Source: Phoronis australis (lineage: Eukaryota; Animalia; Phoronida). From it: DNA of 64,000 nucleotides. Below are positions 41,101 to 49,914 of this stretch, piece after piece. The translations under genes and the position numbers were made by a program. The number at the start of each line of letters is the position of its first letter. Position 1 is the first letter of the stretch. The DNA lies in NCBI GenBank assembly GCA_002633005.1, contig NMRA01000577.1, positions 1 to 64,000 on the forward strand, given 5' to 3'. The notes below the pieces were generated by a model. The model was not told the origin of the DNA. It worked only from the letters and a program-made list of their open reading frames with translations, and did no database searches.

Positions 41101-44100
41101 CTTTCCCGTTGCCTCTTTATTCATTAGATCATTGGTCTTTCAAACTGATAGCTGTCCAATCCAGTTAATCTTGTCAAATGTCTTCCACCTAGCGCTTCCT
41201 CTTAACATGTGGTCAATCACATTTAGCATGAGAAGGTTAAATTGTTCCCATGACAACCAGCTATTCATTAAATAGAAACCTTCATCACATTGATAGTTGA
41301 TTGCGCATGAAGAACAGCGCTCGACGGGCTTGCTTTAATTTATTCTGCCTAGCATTTTTTCTACGTACATTTGGGTAGATATTGTCATCATCTCTGTCCG
41401 TGCATCGGACATCCGCTGCCGTATATCCTAGTGATCCCCTTGAAGGATCTTAATGAGATTTCGCAGATGTCTTCCTATGATGCCGACGACAAATGACAAG
41501 GAGTTTCGAGCCGTGTCCCCCAGTGGCAATTTTAAAATTTTACTTTTTTCTCTCTGTATATTTAGAGTTCCACGACTTATTTTCATGAAATTCAGCTGGC
41601 GGGTATTTTTCTGTTAAGGAGACAATGAGGTCATGTAATTTTGAGACGCATCTGTCGTATTCTGCGCCGCCTAGTGGCCATTTTTATGAAACTGATAAAC
41701 TTCTGAGAAGCATATTGTTTGCAGGGGAGTTGGTCAGCATATTTCAATACTTTGCAGTGCACTTGTACCGAATAATGCTATGTTAATGTTGACTGTTGAA
41801 TCTTATACCATTTGTGGACAAATTCAGCTAGCAGTGTGTTACCTAGTAACATTTGTTTGCCTGGGTTTTTGATCTGCTTCCAAAAGCATTATGAATTTAG
41901 CAGACGTACTGCACCTGTCAGTTTTCAGACAATCAGCTCAGTGCCACGTGGTGTTAACAAGTCCTGTTCTTTACCAACCCTCTGTATTGGTCCTTTAAGT
42001 AATGTTTTTATTGCTCTGTAATTATTTAGAACAAGCTCAAATTCATAAATATGTAATATTTCTCATTGTTTCCCCTACTTGTGATGGAGCCACTCACCTA
42101 TTAAACTAGCTGGTCAAACCACTCAGTAGCGTGTACTGAACCTGTTGACAACATATGGGCATTATATGTATTGACATCAGGCAGTAGTAGTCACCATGGC
42201 AACGCAGCTCACAGCTTTTAATGCCCCTAGAGATTGTAGATAAGGGTGTTTGATATCAATGAACATCCCTGTACGTGTAACATATGGGTTGTTGCCCTTA
42301 TACATTTTAATCAACCCCCATACTACACACAGTGTTCAGTCAGAAGCATGTGATATTGTAGCTTACTATTGAACACAGCTGCTAATGCTGTTTACCACAC
42401 TCATCTTTACTGGGCATTATTCACTTGTAAAGGTTGCGTACATAGTTTACTTGCTTAGTCGTCCTGAGGATGGAGACTGATTGTCATCTCCATGACGATG
42501 GCCCGGGGGACGATGACTTGCCCTCGTGTAGTGAGTGGGACTGTTTCACTACAGCCGGCGAGGACCAGTTTGTGCACGTGAAACATTGGTGGCCCAATTA
42601 TGACGGGGTCGACCCGTGCTCGACTACTGAGCGTATTTTTCTTTTACACAGGAGCGAAGAGCCGGTGACCACCAACATGGACATCTCCACAGGTCACGTG
42701 GTCTTGGTGAGTATTAGTGTTTTTGATTTTCCGAGTATAACCTCATCAGTGCTTGAAGACTATCCGTACGTTCACTCCGTCACACTGTCAACATAAACTG
42801 AATGACTAGAGGCAACAGTCATCCTGAGAACACAGAATTGACTTCTGATTCTCTCACATGCATTTTTGCTGACCCTTCGTTGCCCTTTACTGTCCTCATT
42901 CACTCTTCATGCATTTACACTTATTAAAAATGAATCAAACCAAACTTAGAACTGTTGGTGCTTTGACGTCAACGTTACAATATTCAATGAGAATTCTCTA
43001 CTATAATTTTTTGGTAATAGGCTTAACTTGACTGTACTTTTTCACAGAAATGTGCCTGATAACAATTAAATGGTTTTAGTCATAATTGCATGATAGAGTT
43101 TTTAATTACCAGTATCTGAGGCATACAGTACCTGGACTTTGTCCGTTGTCAGGGAGAGACTGCTGTGCTGCTAGTGAATACAATGTTTCAAACAATATTC
43201 AAAGTGTTCTGCTGATACTTTTGTGAGTTATGCATGTCCTTGACATTAGGGACCAGGGGCCCGTTCCAACAAAACTGACTTAGCTAAGACAAATCCTAAA
43301 TTTTAGTAAATTTTAAGATAAGTCTTAAATTTGTCTCGATACCGTTTCAAGAAAGAGATCTTAAGTTTGAATTAAGTATTTGATAAAAGTTTTGTCTTAA
43401 TTTTAACTGTCTTACCGGATGTGGAAGTTTTAAAGTATGGAAGTTAAGGCAAATCTTAGACTTAGTCAAAAATGAACTTATTAAGTCAGTTTCTTGGAAC
43501 AGGCCCCAGGCAACCTCCCAGTTAACCGGTGTCTCATTTCAATCACTGGTACTACATTAGGGGATTTACTCTAACATATCTTTGTATCTCACATGTTACT
43601 TCCCAACACTCGACATTATTTGTTTTCAGTTCCCGCATGTCTGAAGTCACCTTTTTTAGGAGAATGAAAATTCAAAATATTCCCATTTGTTAATGTGCCT
43701 TGTTTACTCTAAACCGATAACAGAATGATATGACTTGCATATAGTTTTGTGTTTACCTACTGCACGTGTTGGTGTTAATCCAAGAAGGCGACTTTCATTA
43801 AATTTCTTGTTACGAAAATTATTGTGTTTTAGTTAACCTGTCTAGTCACAATATATAACCCAGTGGAAAGTGACTGATGCTGTCGCTTAAGTTGGCGTTT
43901 CATCTGTATGGTCCGTATTAAACAATTATATGTCCCTGTTATACTGTAGTAATGTTGTTATCACAGCTAGACCCTAAAGTGCATTTTTGCTGTAAACGCT
44001 TCCCCTAAGTACGCATCTGTTGATGTTTCTGTAGTTTTATAAAGTGATCTGTTTGAAATGGACATCTGTCACCGACTGTAAAACATTTTCAAATTAAAAA

Positions 44101-47100
44101 TTCAGTCTACAGGTCATTGTCATAGTGAATTTACTGTGTGTAGTGTTGAGGTTTACTTAGTAGTCAGGTGATAGTTTATGTGGTGTGAGTGAAATCAGGA
44201 AAGATCTTGCAGGAGTTGTGCGAGCACAATTCAACCTTACTTAGTGTTCACTAGACAAATGGTCGTACACTGATAGTGATTGGAGGTTTATTTGGTAAAG
44301 TTGAATTAACAGGGTTCAGGGCCTTTGATGGCTCAATTTTGAGCTGATCGGCCTCATTTCCCTTTGATAAAGACAAAAATCAAACAAAATTTTTCTGACC
44401 AGACGCCAAAAATTGCCGTGTTATTAAGAAAAATTCCCCTCGAAGTTGACAATCAGCTTCAACTCACACGTACATTTGGTATCAGGAGGTTTCTTTAACT
44501 GTGAAAAGTCCACATTTGCAACCTCAATGTGGAGAATTGGATATGGATCAATCCACTGTACGTGCATACGGGGGTACATAGTATTGGCAACTTGGTTCAC
44601 TTCCTGACACCCCTACTGAGGTTAGTCCAAGTGAAACTTCAATGAATGGCGGGTGGTCCACTCAGACCAGTGCATGTGACAATGGTTTGAAACTAGTGCA
44701 AAAATATTAGTTTTAGGTAATTGAGGGGGGTGGAAGTGGTACCGGCTGATGGAGGGGGATTTCTTCTCACTGTAAAATGATTCCACTTTAAGAAGGCCCG
44801 AGCATTTTTCCCTGAGGTGATTGAGGGCCCAGTGAGGAAAATGGCATGGTAATTTGTCACTATTTTGTACACAATATAAGGCAAGCAAAAATTTTTTTTG
44901 TCAAATTTCTCAACAAAATTAAAGGTAAAGAGACTTTTATTTATTCTGTTTAATTGGCTTATATTGAGCCGACGTCATACAACCACTTATTTGCAGTATA
45001 AAGGTGATCAGCATTAGAAAAATATAAGAATGATAGTTTTGGTAATTATTTTTGTGCATATTAGTGAACTATTTCCATATGCAAACACTCAGAGAGTTCA
45101 TTTCCTCGGCTTACAGTGCCTTACTTGCAGTCACCCTCTCGGTCATGTTTTGGCCTAAAATTTACCGTGTGATGTCATATTTTTTCCAGTCCTACATGGA
45201 AGACCACTTGAAAGATCGTGACCGCCTTGAGCGAGAGTGGGATGCTCTCTGTGCCTACGAAGCAGAACCCTCCAGCACAGAGGTGGCCTCCAAGACGAAC
45301 AATGCACGCAAGAATCGCTACACTGATGTTTTACCTTGTAAGTTATGTCTGACTTTGTGTTCTAATCATTTGTTCACTATTTTTATTGATTGTTTGGTCT
45401 TAAAACACCTTGGAGAGCCAAACAGGCGCAGCTTAATCATTTTCATTGCTGTGGTGTTAAGGACTTTTTCCATCTGCTGCTTATCTGGCACGAAATTTGC
45501 AGTAACATTCCTTCATTATGACTCTTATTTTCGCTTCGATTGTAGTCATCATACTTGATACACCATTTTGTCATTTGGTAATTTACTTCATATAATTATT
45601 TCTGACTGGGCCCACTTGAAAATCAGTGTATACACTGAAGTGGTCACTCAGTCTTTTAAAGAAGTTTAAGTAAATAAATATTAACTAAACTTTGCACGAA
45701 TTCATAAGCCACTGCGATGCTTGTTCTTCCTATAATTTATGGACACCATACATGTTATACTAACTGTGCTGCTTGTTGGCTCGTTGGAATATTAATTGGC
45801 TCACTGACCTATTTGTTTGCAGACGACCATTCACGTGTCATGCTGAATCCTGCGACCAATGTGTCCAGCAGCGACTACGTCAACGCCAGCTCAATAACGG
45901 ATCATGACCCTCGCAACCCCGCGTACATAGCTACTCAAGCACCTCTGCCTCACACTGTCGCCGATTTCTGGCAGGTACGTCCCACAATGCACTTGTTTGT
46001 AAATTGGGTCAGTGTTCGCACAGGTCCATAAATGTGGGTCTGTTTCACACAACTAAGCTCAGGACCTCAGCCGTAAAAGATAAGCAAACTGTAGTTGTGA
46101 ATTGTATTTAACTGTCATGCAGTTTGTATTGTTGTGTTGTAGATGGTCTGGGAGCAGGGCAGTGTTGTTATAGTGATGTTGACTAGCCTGACTGAGAACG
46201 GCATGGCGATGTGTCACCGCTACTGGCCCGAGGAAGGTAGTGACCTCTACCACATTTATGAGGTAACTACACTGTAGTACAGGCTTGATTCTCTGCTCTT
46301 GAGTTTTATTTGTCACAGCCAAAGTTTTTTGAAACTGGTCAGGTACTTGAATCTCAAATCCAGTTTGGTGTTGAGGATCACGAGGGAAATGTTTTTGGCT
46401 CTCTGGAGCTATTTGCTGTGAAGGCTGAGGGTGAACTGGTGTTGCATCATTTGACCTGTTCCACAGTTCCTTGTACTTGGTCAGTAGACCACCTGCAAGT
46501 TTTCAAACTGAGTGAGTGGGACAAAATCATCGTCTTGTTACGTAACCTCGCATGAGGTCTATGACCATGCTCACGAACAGCCAGCGCGAAGTCTTACAAA
46601 CGTCAGCCGCTGTCCAATGACAGGAAGTTAGCTCCTCGACACCAAGGCAAGTGGAACAAAAGCCTACCTTGTTTCTTACCCCGCAAAAGGTCTGAAGACC
46701 AGTACAAGAACCACCAACACCAGCTGTCCACATTATTAGGAACGCTGATCAAAGTACTAAGTGTGGAGTCTAGCAGTCAGTGCATATTGCAATACATTCA
46801 ACAGTAACTCTTTGAAGTTGTAGATAAATGGTGTGTATGTAATGCTAGATAAATGGCTGTGGGAAACACTTAACAGCAGACCGTTATCTGCATTTGGCTC
46901 CCTCTGTTGTCGCTGTCTGGAATGGTCAATAAAGTGGAGATGTTTTGTAACCGTGTGTAGTCATCCAAAGGGGGCAGCAGTAGTTCAATTCATGGTTTGA
47001 AAATCTTGTTAAACATGAAGGGATATGTTATTGTATCAAAACATATGATAGTTCTGAATTTTGGTCGTTTATTTTACTGTCAAATTTAAAATATTTGCAA

Positions 47101-49914
47101 CAGAAGTGATCAATTAAAATTAATTGCTATTATTTTGTATAATTGTATTTTGAATGTGATGTTACGAGAAAGTCTGGTTTATGGGGGTCCATTCAAACTA
47201 AAACAGTTTGGTAGCCACAGTACGCATAGCGTGCTTTATTAAGTTTTTATTTTCTTATTTTCCTGTTTATCTTCCCAGGTGCATCTTGTGTCAGAGCACA
47301 TCTGGTGCGATGACTTCTTGGTCCGTAGCTTTTACCTGAAGAATCTTCAGACAAATGAGACGCGCACGGTGACCCAGTTCCACTACTTGACCTGGCCCGA
47401 GGGAGGCATTCCTTCTTCTGCTAAGTCTTTGCTGGATTTCCGACGGTAATTTTTGAAATAGTGGAGCACAATTAAGTAACAATGAGCACAGAACAGACTC
47501 TGGACTTAGTATGTTGGTATTGGTAAAGACTGTTTGGCCTTTCATATCTTGCTGGGTTATACTAAATACCCCGGTGTTCATATTGATGCCTTTGAAGCCA
47601 AAGTGGTGTCATTGATCATGACAGGCCAGCTGCTCCAGCCGTCTCACTATAGCCTCAATTCACCACCAGATGGCAGGATCATCTAGTTCTCTATGACATC
47701 AATGTGTTCTTTTTGTGTTACAAAGCTGGTATCTATTTTATGTTAGTTGTATCATATACCAAAGAATGAGTCCTTCTGTCATTAGATTCCAATTCACCAT
47801 CGCCTAATTCTCCTCTAAGTGCTGCTTCTTTAGAACATAGATCTGTATTTTAACATTCACTTAACAACAGTCTTCATTTCAGCATGTATTAGGGTTGTGT
47901 AATCAGTCAAAGAGTTATTAAACCCTTTCTCATCAACAGCCGCAGCAACGGATGACGTTGAATATTTCTTGCTCTAAACATTCAAACCGCTATTTTGTCC
48001 ACCTATGGTATGATGCATTACCCCTACTCCTGCTAGCAATTGTTGGTGTCAATGCCACAAGTATTATCTGCTAATGGTAAATTGAATCTCTCAGCGCCAC
48101 CTTTGGGCCAAGTGCAAACCACCTTGCATGCGGCAACCTTCAATGATTGCTCTTCCACTAGCTCTCAGTCTCCACCCCCTTTGCCAATGACTGACAGTCA
48201 ACACTGTTCTAAGCTTACTAACCCACAGCTCTGTGCCAGCTTTTGTGATTGAGCAGTTGTTACTTGCACTAATTGCATAGTCACAAAAGTGAGTAGACGG
48301 CTGCTGCTTGCATCTAACAACCAGCTTCACCACGGTTGAACGCTAGTGCTATCACCGGTCAATAGGTGGAGTTACTGCACCCATCACGCTTCTTTTTTGG
48401 CCTGATTCCGCAGTTGTCAGGATTCCTGTAGTTATATAACACTGGGCAGATGTCTCTACCTTAGCAATCTTTACTTCTGCACTCACATGTTCTTGTAACG
48501 GTCAACAGGTGGAGCTAACGCACTCATCGTATCCTACAATCTCATTGCAGAGTTCAACAGCTGCTTTTCAAATAGCAAAGTGCTAGTTCTGGTGGCAAAT
48601 AAAGTTGTAGATAATGTCATGGTGATCCACTGCTCACCTTGTTATGCACACGATCTTGCTTACCCGGTTTCTTTCAAATACGTTGATGCTTTTTACCATC
48701 AATTGCTGAGTAAGCCCGTGGCAGTTCCTTGTATATTGTAAACGTTTGATTCATGGTAATTCCATGTTCTCCTTCTTGAGGAATAGAATTCACTCTTGGG
48801 CTATGCAGTCTGATGTTGACTTTGATATGAATCTCAGACATTCATGGTAAATTGTGTAGGGTCAACAAACTATTCGAGGTGGCCTCTTGTCAAGGCTGAA
48901 AATTCTGAGTATGTTTGACATGAAGCTTCTGACCAGTGGTTGGTTGTTTTTATCTGTCTTATTTTGTTACGGTTGTCCACAGTCTTGCTTGACCTGAGCG
49001 AATCATACCAGTTTGATCCATGGCATCACTTGGAAAATAAGCGTGGTCTGTAACCTTTGTTGATGGTTTCTTGGTTATTTTTCAGAAAAGTGAACAAGTC
49101 GTATCGTGGTCGCTCGTGTCCTGTGATCGTCCACTGTAACGACGGTGTCGGACGAACGGGTACATACATCCTGATTGACATGGTCCTCAACAGGATGTAC
49201 AAAGGTAGGCATACAGGCTGCTAGAAGACTAACTAGCGATATATTGATTTGATTGAGTGATTGTCATGGTTCTCTGTAGTTTTGATGAATGTAGAGTCGC
49301 AGTTCTTAGTCGGTCATGTTGTACTTCCAGGTGCCAAGGAGATCGACATTGCTGCCACCTTGGAGCATATTCGTGACCAGCGAATATCCATGTTACAAAC
49401 AAAGGTAACTGTTACTGGAAGAGATAAGAGAGTAGTACGATATCTCCTTAATTAAGAGGACTGCAAAGCAGATTCTTCAAAAACAGTACCTTGTACCAAT
49501 ATATTAATGATTCCTGGATCAAGTTTTGTCAACACTTCAACAAAACTAGACCATCCTTTTAAAAAGATTAACATGGAATTCCTTGTGATAACTGTTAGAC
49601 CATAACCACGCCCTCTTGTGGCTGTTATAATTACTTGACCGTTACCTGCCCCTCAGCTGATTGTTATTACTACTAATGACCATCACCCCACCCTCATGTG
49701 GCTGTTATAACTACTTGACCATCACCACGCCCTCATGTGGCTGTTATAACTACTTGACCATCACCACGCCCTCACGTGACTATTATAATTACTTGACCAT
49801 CAACTCACCCTCACCTGATCGTTTCCTTATTGTGTTTCGCAGGACCAGTTCGAGTTCTCACTGGCTGCCGTTGCCGAGGAAGTGCACGCCATTCTCAAAG
49901 CGTTACCTCAATAG
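8057..49914 (+). CDS. PTPRN: IA-2 / phogrin-type receptor PTP-like dense-core-vesicle protein (PTPRN/PTPRN2 orthologue); 20 coding exons found, 5' signal-peptide exon not identified
   Basis: Spliced GT-AG exon chain with consistent phases. It gives an N-terminal Cys motif ([25 protein letters not shown]), an SEA-like ectodomain, a TM helix, [37 protein letters not shown], a PTP domain with HCxDGxGR and the C-terminus [14 protein letters not shown]. These motifs are diagnostic of the IA-2 family. Confidence 0.96.
10377..10982 (+). CDS. PTPRN: IA-2 exon: DDLFGNCQ...NNQKTTND, lumenal pro-region
   Basis: ttccag acceptor, gtatgt donor, 606 nt, phase 1-1; core of ORF 10361..11116. Confidence 0.9.
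11121..11507. mobile_element. MITE-like element with ~28-bp imperfect TIRs
   Basis: tgccgggaatttccaaaaataggtccac versus the reverse complement of atggacatattttcggaaattctcgata. Confidence 0.5.
13370..13705 (-). mobile_element. Second decayed Penelope-like GIY-YIG fragment with degenerate hammerhead
   Basis: Minus strand reads [62 protein letters not shown]...[14 protein letters not shown]; homologous to the 6021-6415 fragment. Confidence 0.78.
14689..14959. repeat. Minisatellite, about 44-bp unit (ctagtgttattaccagtatggtgtcactaatgtacaccacccaa), about 6 copies
   Basis: Direct tandem copies visible. Confidence 0.9.
15157..15255. repeat. Degenerate ~33-bp tandem repeat, about 3 copies
   Basis: ggtggatattttgctctctcag.tatcatctc repeated; explains ORFs 15056 and 15093. 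Confidence 0.7.
15637..15717 (+). CDS. PTPRN: IA-2 lumenal exon [27 protein letters not shown]
   Basis: ttttag acceptor, gtaaat donor, 81 nt, phase 1-1, open frame. Confidence 0.7.
16849..16953 (+). CDS. PTPRN: IA-2 lumenal exon [35 protein letters not shown]
   Basis: ctttag acceptor, gtcagt donor, 105 nt, phase 1-1, GC-richer than flanks. Confidence 0.75.
16961..17112. repeat. Minisatellite, 22-bp unit atgggccaggttgtaattaagg, about 7 copies, starting 8 nt after an exon donor
   Basis: Direct tandem copies visible. Confidence 0.95.
18232..18600. mobile_element. Fold-back MITE with long (~70-bp) imperfect inverted arms
   Basis: aatctttacttgaaa...ctacttttgtgcaaactcaaga is inverted relative to tcttgatttcgcacaaaagtag...ttcaagtacaaagatt. 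Confidence 0.65.
19110..19238 (+). CDS. PTPRN: IA-2 lumenal exon [43 protein letters not shown]
   Basis: atttag acceptor, gtaaga donor, 129 nt, phase 1-1, open frame. Confidence 0.65.
20329..20451 (+). CDS. PTPRN: IA-2 lumenal exon [41 protein letters not shown] (candidate KK convertase site)
   Basis: gcag acceptor (tandem CAGCAG), gtaatc donor, 123 nt, phase 1-1. Confidence 0.7.
21503..21593 (+). CDS. PTPRN: IA-2 exon [30 protein letters not shown](R), start of SEA-like mature ectodomain
   Basis: tttcag acceptor, gtaagt donor, 91 nt, phase 1-2; Y-x-Y-I motif of the IA-2 ectodomain. Confidence 0.85.
22451..22550. mobile_element. 100-bp hairpin MITE with ~39-bp arms; copies at 32468-32568 and a partial copy at 17132-17165
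   Basis: ..cccgcattttgagaaccagttt / aaactggttctcaaaatgtggg.. Confidence 0.75.
22829..22912 (+). CDS. PTPRN: IA-2 ectodomain exon [27 protein letters not shown]
   Basis: tcccag acceptor, gtaagt donor, 84 nt, phase 2-2. Confidence 0.85.
23000..23300 (+). repeat. Dispersed repeat (ttgggacacggaaac family), second copy at about 28530-28800
   Basis: Collinear similarity between the two regions over about 270 nt; explains ORFs 22909 and 28491. Confidence 0.7.
23953..24035 (+). CDS. PTPRN: IA-2 ectodomain exon [27 protein letters not shown]
   Basis: tttcag acceptor, gtaagt donor, 83 nt, phase 2-1; V.F.V..N...L.A..VA pattern of the IA-2 SEA-like domain. Confidence 0.88.
26741..26946. repeat. Minisatellite, 25-bp unit atatgaacagatttcactagctaaa, about 8 copies with degenerate flanking copies from 26630 to 27000
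   Basis: Direct tandem copies visible. Confidence 0.95.
27106..27450. mobile_element. Second copy of the 1604-1990 MITE family, in inverted orientation
   Basis: gtcccgtctacacac...gtgcaactt.gcccactt...ggataactag..ttgctctgtgcgtga matches the reverse complement of 1860-1990. Confidence 0.6.
29885..31296. mobile_element. 1.4-kb non-autonomous DNA transposon with perfect 19-bp TIRs and TTAA target-site duplication (Kolobok-like)
   Basis: TTAA|GGTTATCTCCAACCTTATT at 29881-29903 and AATAAGGTTGGAGATAACC|TTAA at 31278-31300; no transposase ORF. Confidence 0.8.
32044..32136. repeat. 44-bp tandem duplication
   Basis: agtcattcttgttat(t/c)tcccctggtcgttctacagtcacttcat occurs twice. Confidence 0.85.
32468..32568. 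mobile_element. Second copy of the 100-bp hairpin MITE
   Basis: cccacattttgagaaccagttt / aaactggttctcaaaatgtgg. Confidence 0.72.
34785..35280 (+). repeat. Dispersed repeat with internal subrepeats (..atcttaatgaaattggcaca..), possibly a Helentron/HINE-type non-autonomous element; related pieces at about 28010-28200 and 41390-41730
   Basis: Recurrent ctcgatat(g/c)tcaaaa.cccc..tgaaa(t/c)ttg(g/a)cac modules; the class assignment is inference. Confidence 0.4.
36967..37034 (+). CDS. PTPRN: IA-2 ectodomain end exon [23 protein letters not shown]
   Basis: tttcag acceptor, gtaagg donor, 68 nt, phase 1-0; LE...GL.....G.G motif; follows a 12.9-kb intron. Confidence 0.88.
39108..39305 (+). CDS. PTPRN: IA-2 transmembrane exon [44 protein letters not shown]...SQDYQ
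   Basis: ttccag acceptor, gtaagg donor, 198 nt, phase 0-0; hydrophobic helix followed by basic residues. Confidence 0.93.
40323..40453 (+). CDS. PTPRN: IA-2 juxtamembrane exon [17 protein letters not shown]...SSKSSTSSW
   Basis: tttcag acceptor, gtgagt donor, 131 nt, phase 0-2; LCRQRM and SSTSSW motifs. Confidence 0.95.
42652..42706 (+). CDS. PTPRN: IA-2 exon [18 protein letters not shown]
   Basis: acacag acceptor, gtgagt donor, 55 nt, phase 2-0; conserved NMDISTGH. Confidence 0.95.
43257..43506. mobile_element. 250-bp MITE with ~26-bp TIRs and 3-bp CAG target-site duplication (PIF/Harbinger-like)
   Basis: CAG|gggcccgttccaacaaaactgactta ... taagtcagtttcttggaacaggccc|CAG. Confidence 0.72.
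45190..45337 (+). CDS. PTPRN: IA-2 PTP domain exon [27 protein letters not shown]...KNRYTDVLP
   Basis: ttccag acceptor, gtaagt donor, 148 nt, phase 0-1. Confidence 0.96.
45823..45974 (+). CDS. PTPRN: IA-2 PTP domain exon YDHSRVML...[34 protein letters not shown]
   Basis: ttgcag acceptor, gtacgt donor, 152 nt, phase 1-0. Confidence 0.96.
46143..46262 (+). CDS. PTPRN: IA-2 PTP domain exon [40 protein letters not shown]
   Basis: ttgtag acceptor, gtaact donor, 120 nt, phase 0-0. Confidence 0.96.
46340..46500 (-). mobile_element. Possible decayed non-LTR retrotransposon (RT C-terminal region) fragment
   Basis: Minus frame with stops reads [28 protein letters not shown], resembling the L.....L.....(KYLG)VILD.KL.F region of LINE RTs. 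Confidence 0.3.
47279..47445 (+). CDS. PTPRN: IA-2 PTP domain exon [56 protein letters not shown]
   Basis: tcccag acceptor, gtaatt donor, 167 nt, phase 0-2. Confidence 0.96.
49086..49204 (+). CDS. PTPRN: IA-2 P-loop exon [39 protein letters not shown]
   Basis: tttcag acceptor, gtaggc donor, 119 nt, phase 2-1. Confidence 0.96.
49331..49404 (+). CDS. PTPRN: IA-2 exon [25 protein letters not shown]
   Basis: ttccag acceptor, gtaact donor, 74 nt, phase 1-0. Confidence 0.96.
49590..49815. repeat. Minisatellite, 39-bp unit accatcaccacgccctcatgtggctgttataactacttg, about 5.5 copies, ending about 28 nt before the last IA-2 acceptor
   Basis: Direct tandem copies; explains the repetitive ORF 49661. 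Confidence 0.9.
49843..49914 (+). CDS. PTPRN: IA-2 terminal coding exon [23 protein letters not shown]
   Basis: tcgcag acceptor, TAG at 49912-49914; family-conserved C-terminus. Confidence 0.96.
   Translation, partial: DQFEFSLAAVAEEVHAILKALPQ

Noticed and set aside
46059-46503. About 148-codon antisense open frame overlapping IA-2 exon 46143-46262
   Set aside because: No ATG start near its beginning; explained by antisense-of-coding bias plus a probable LINE remnant.
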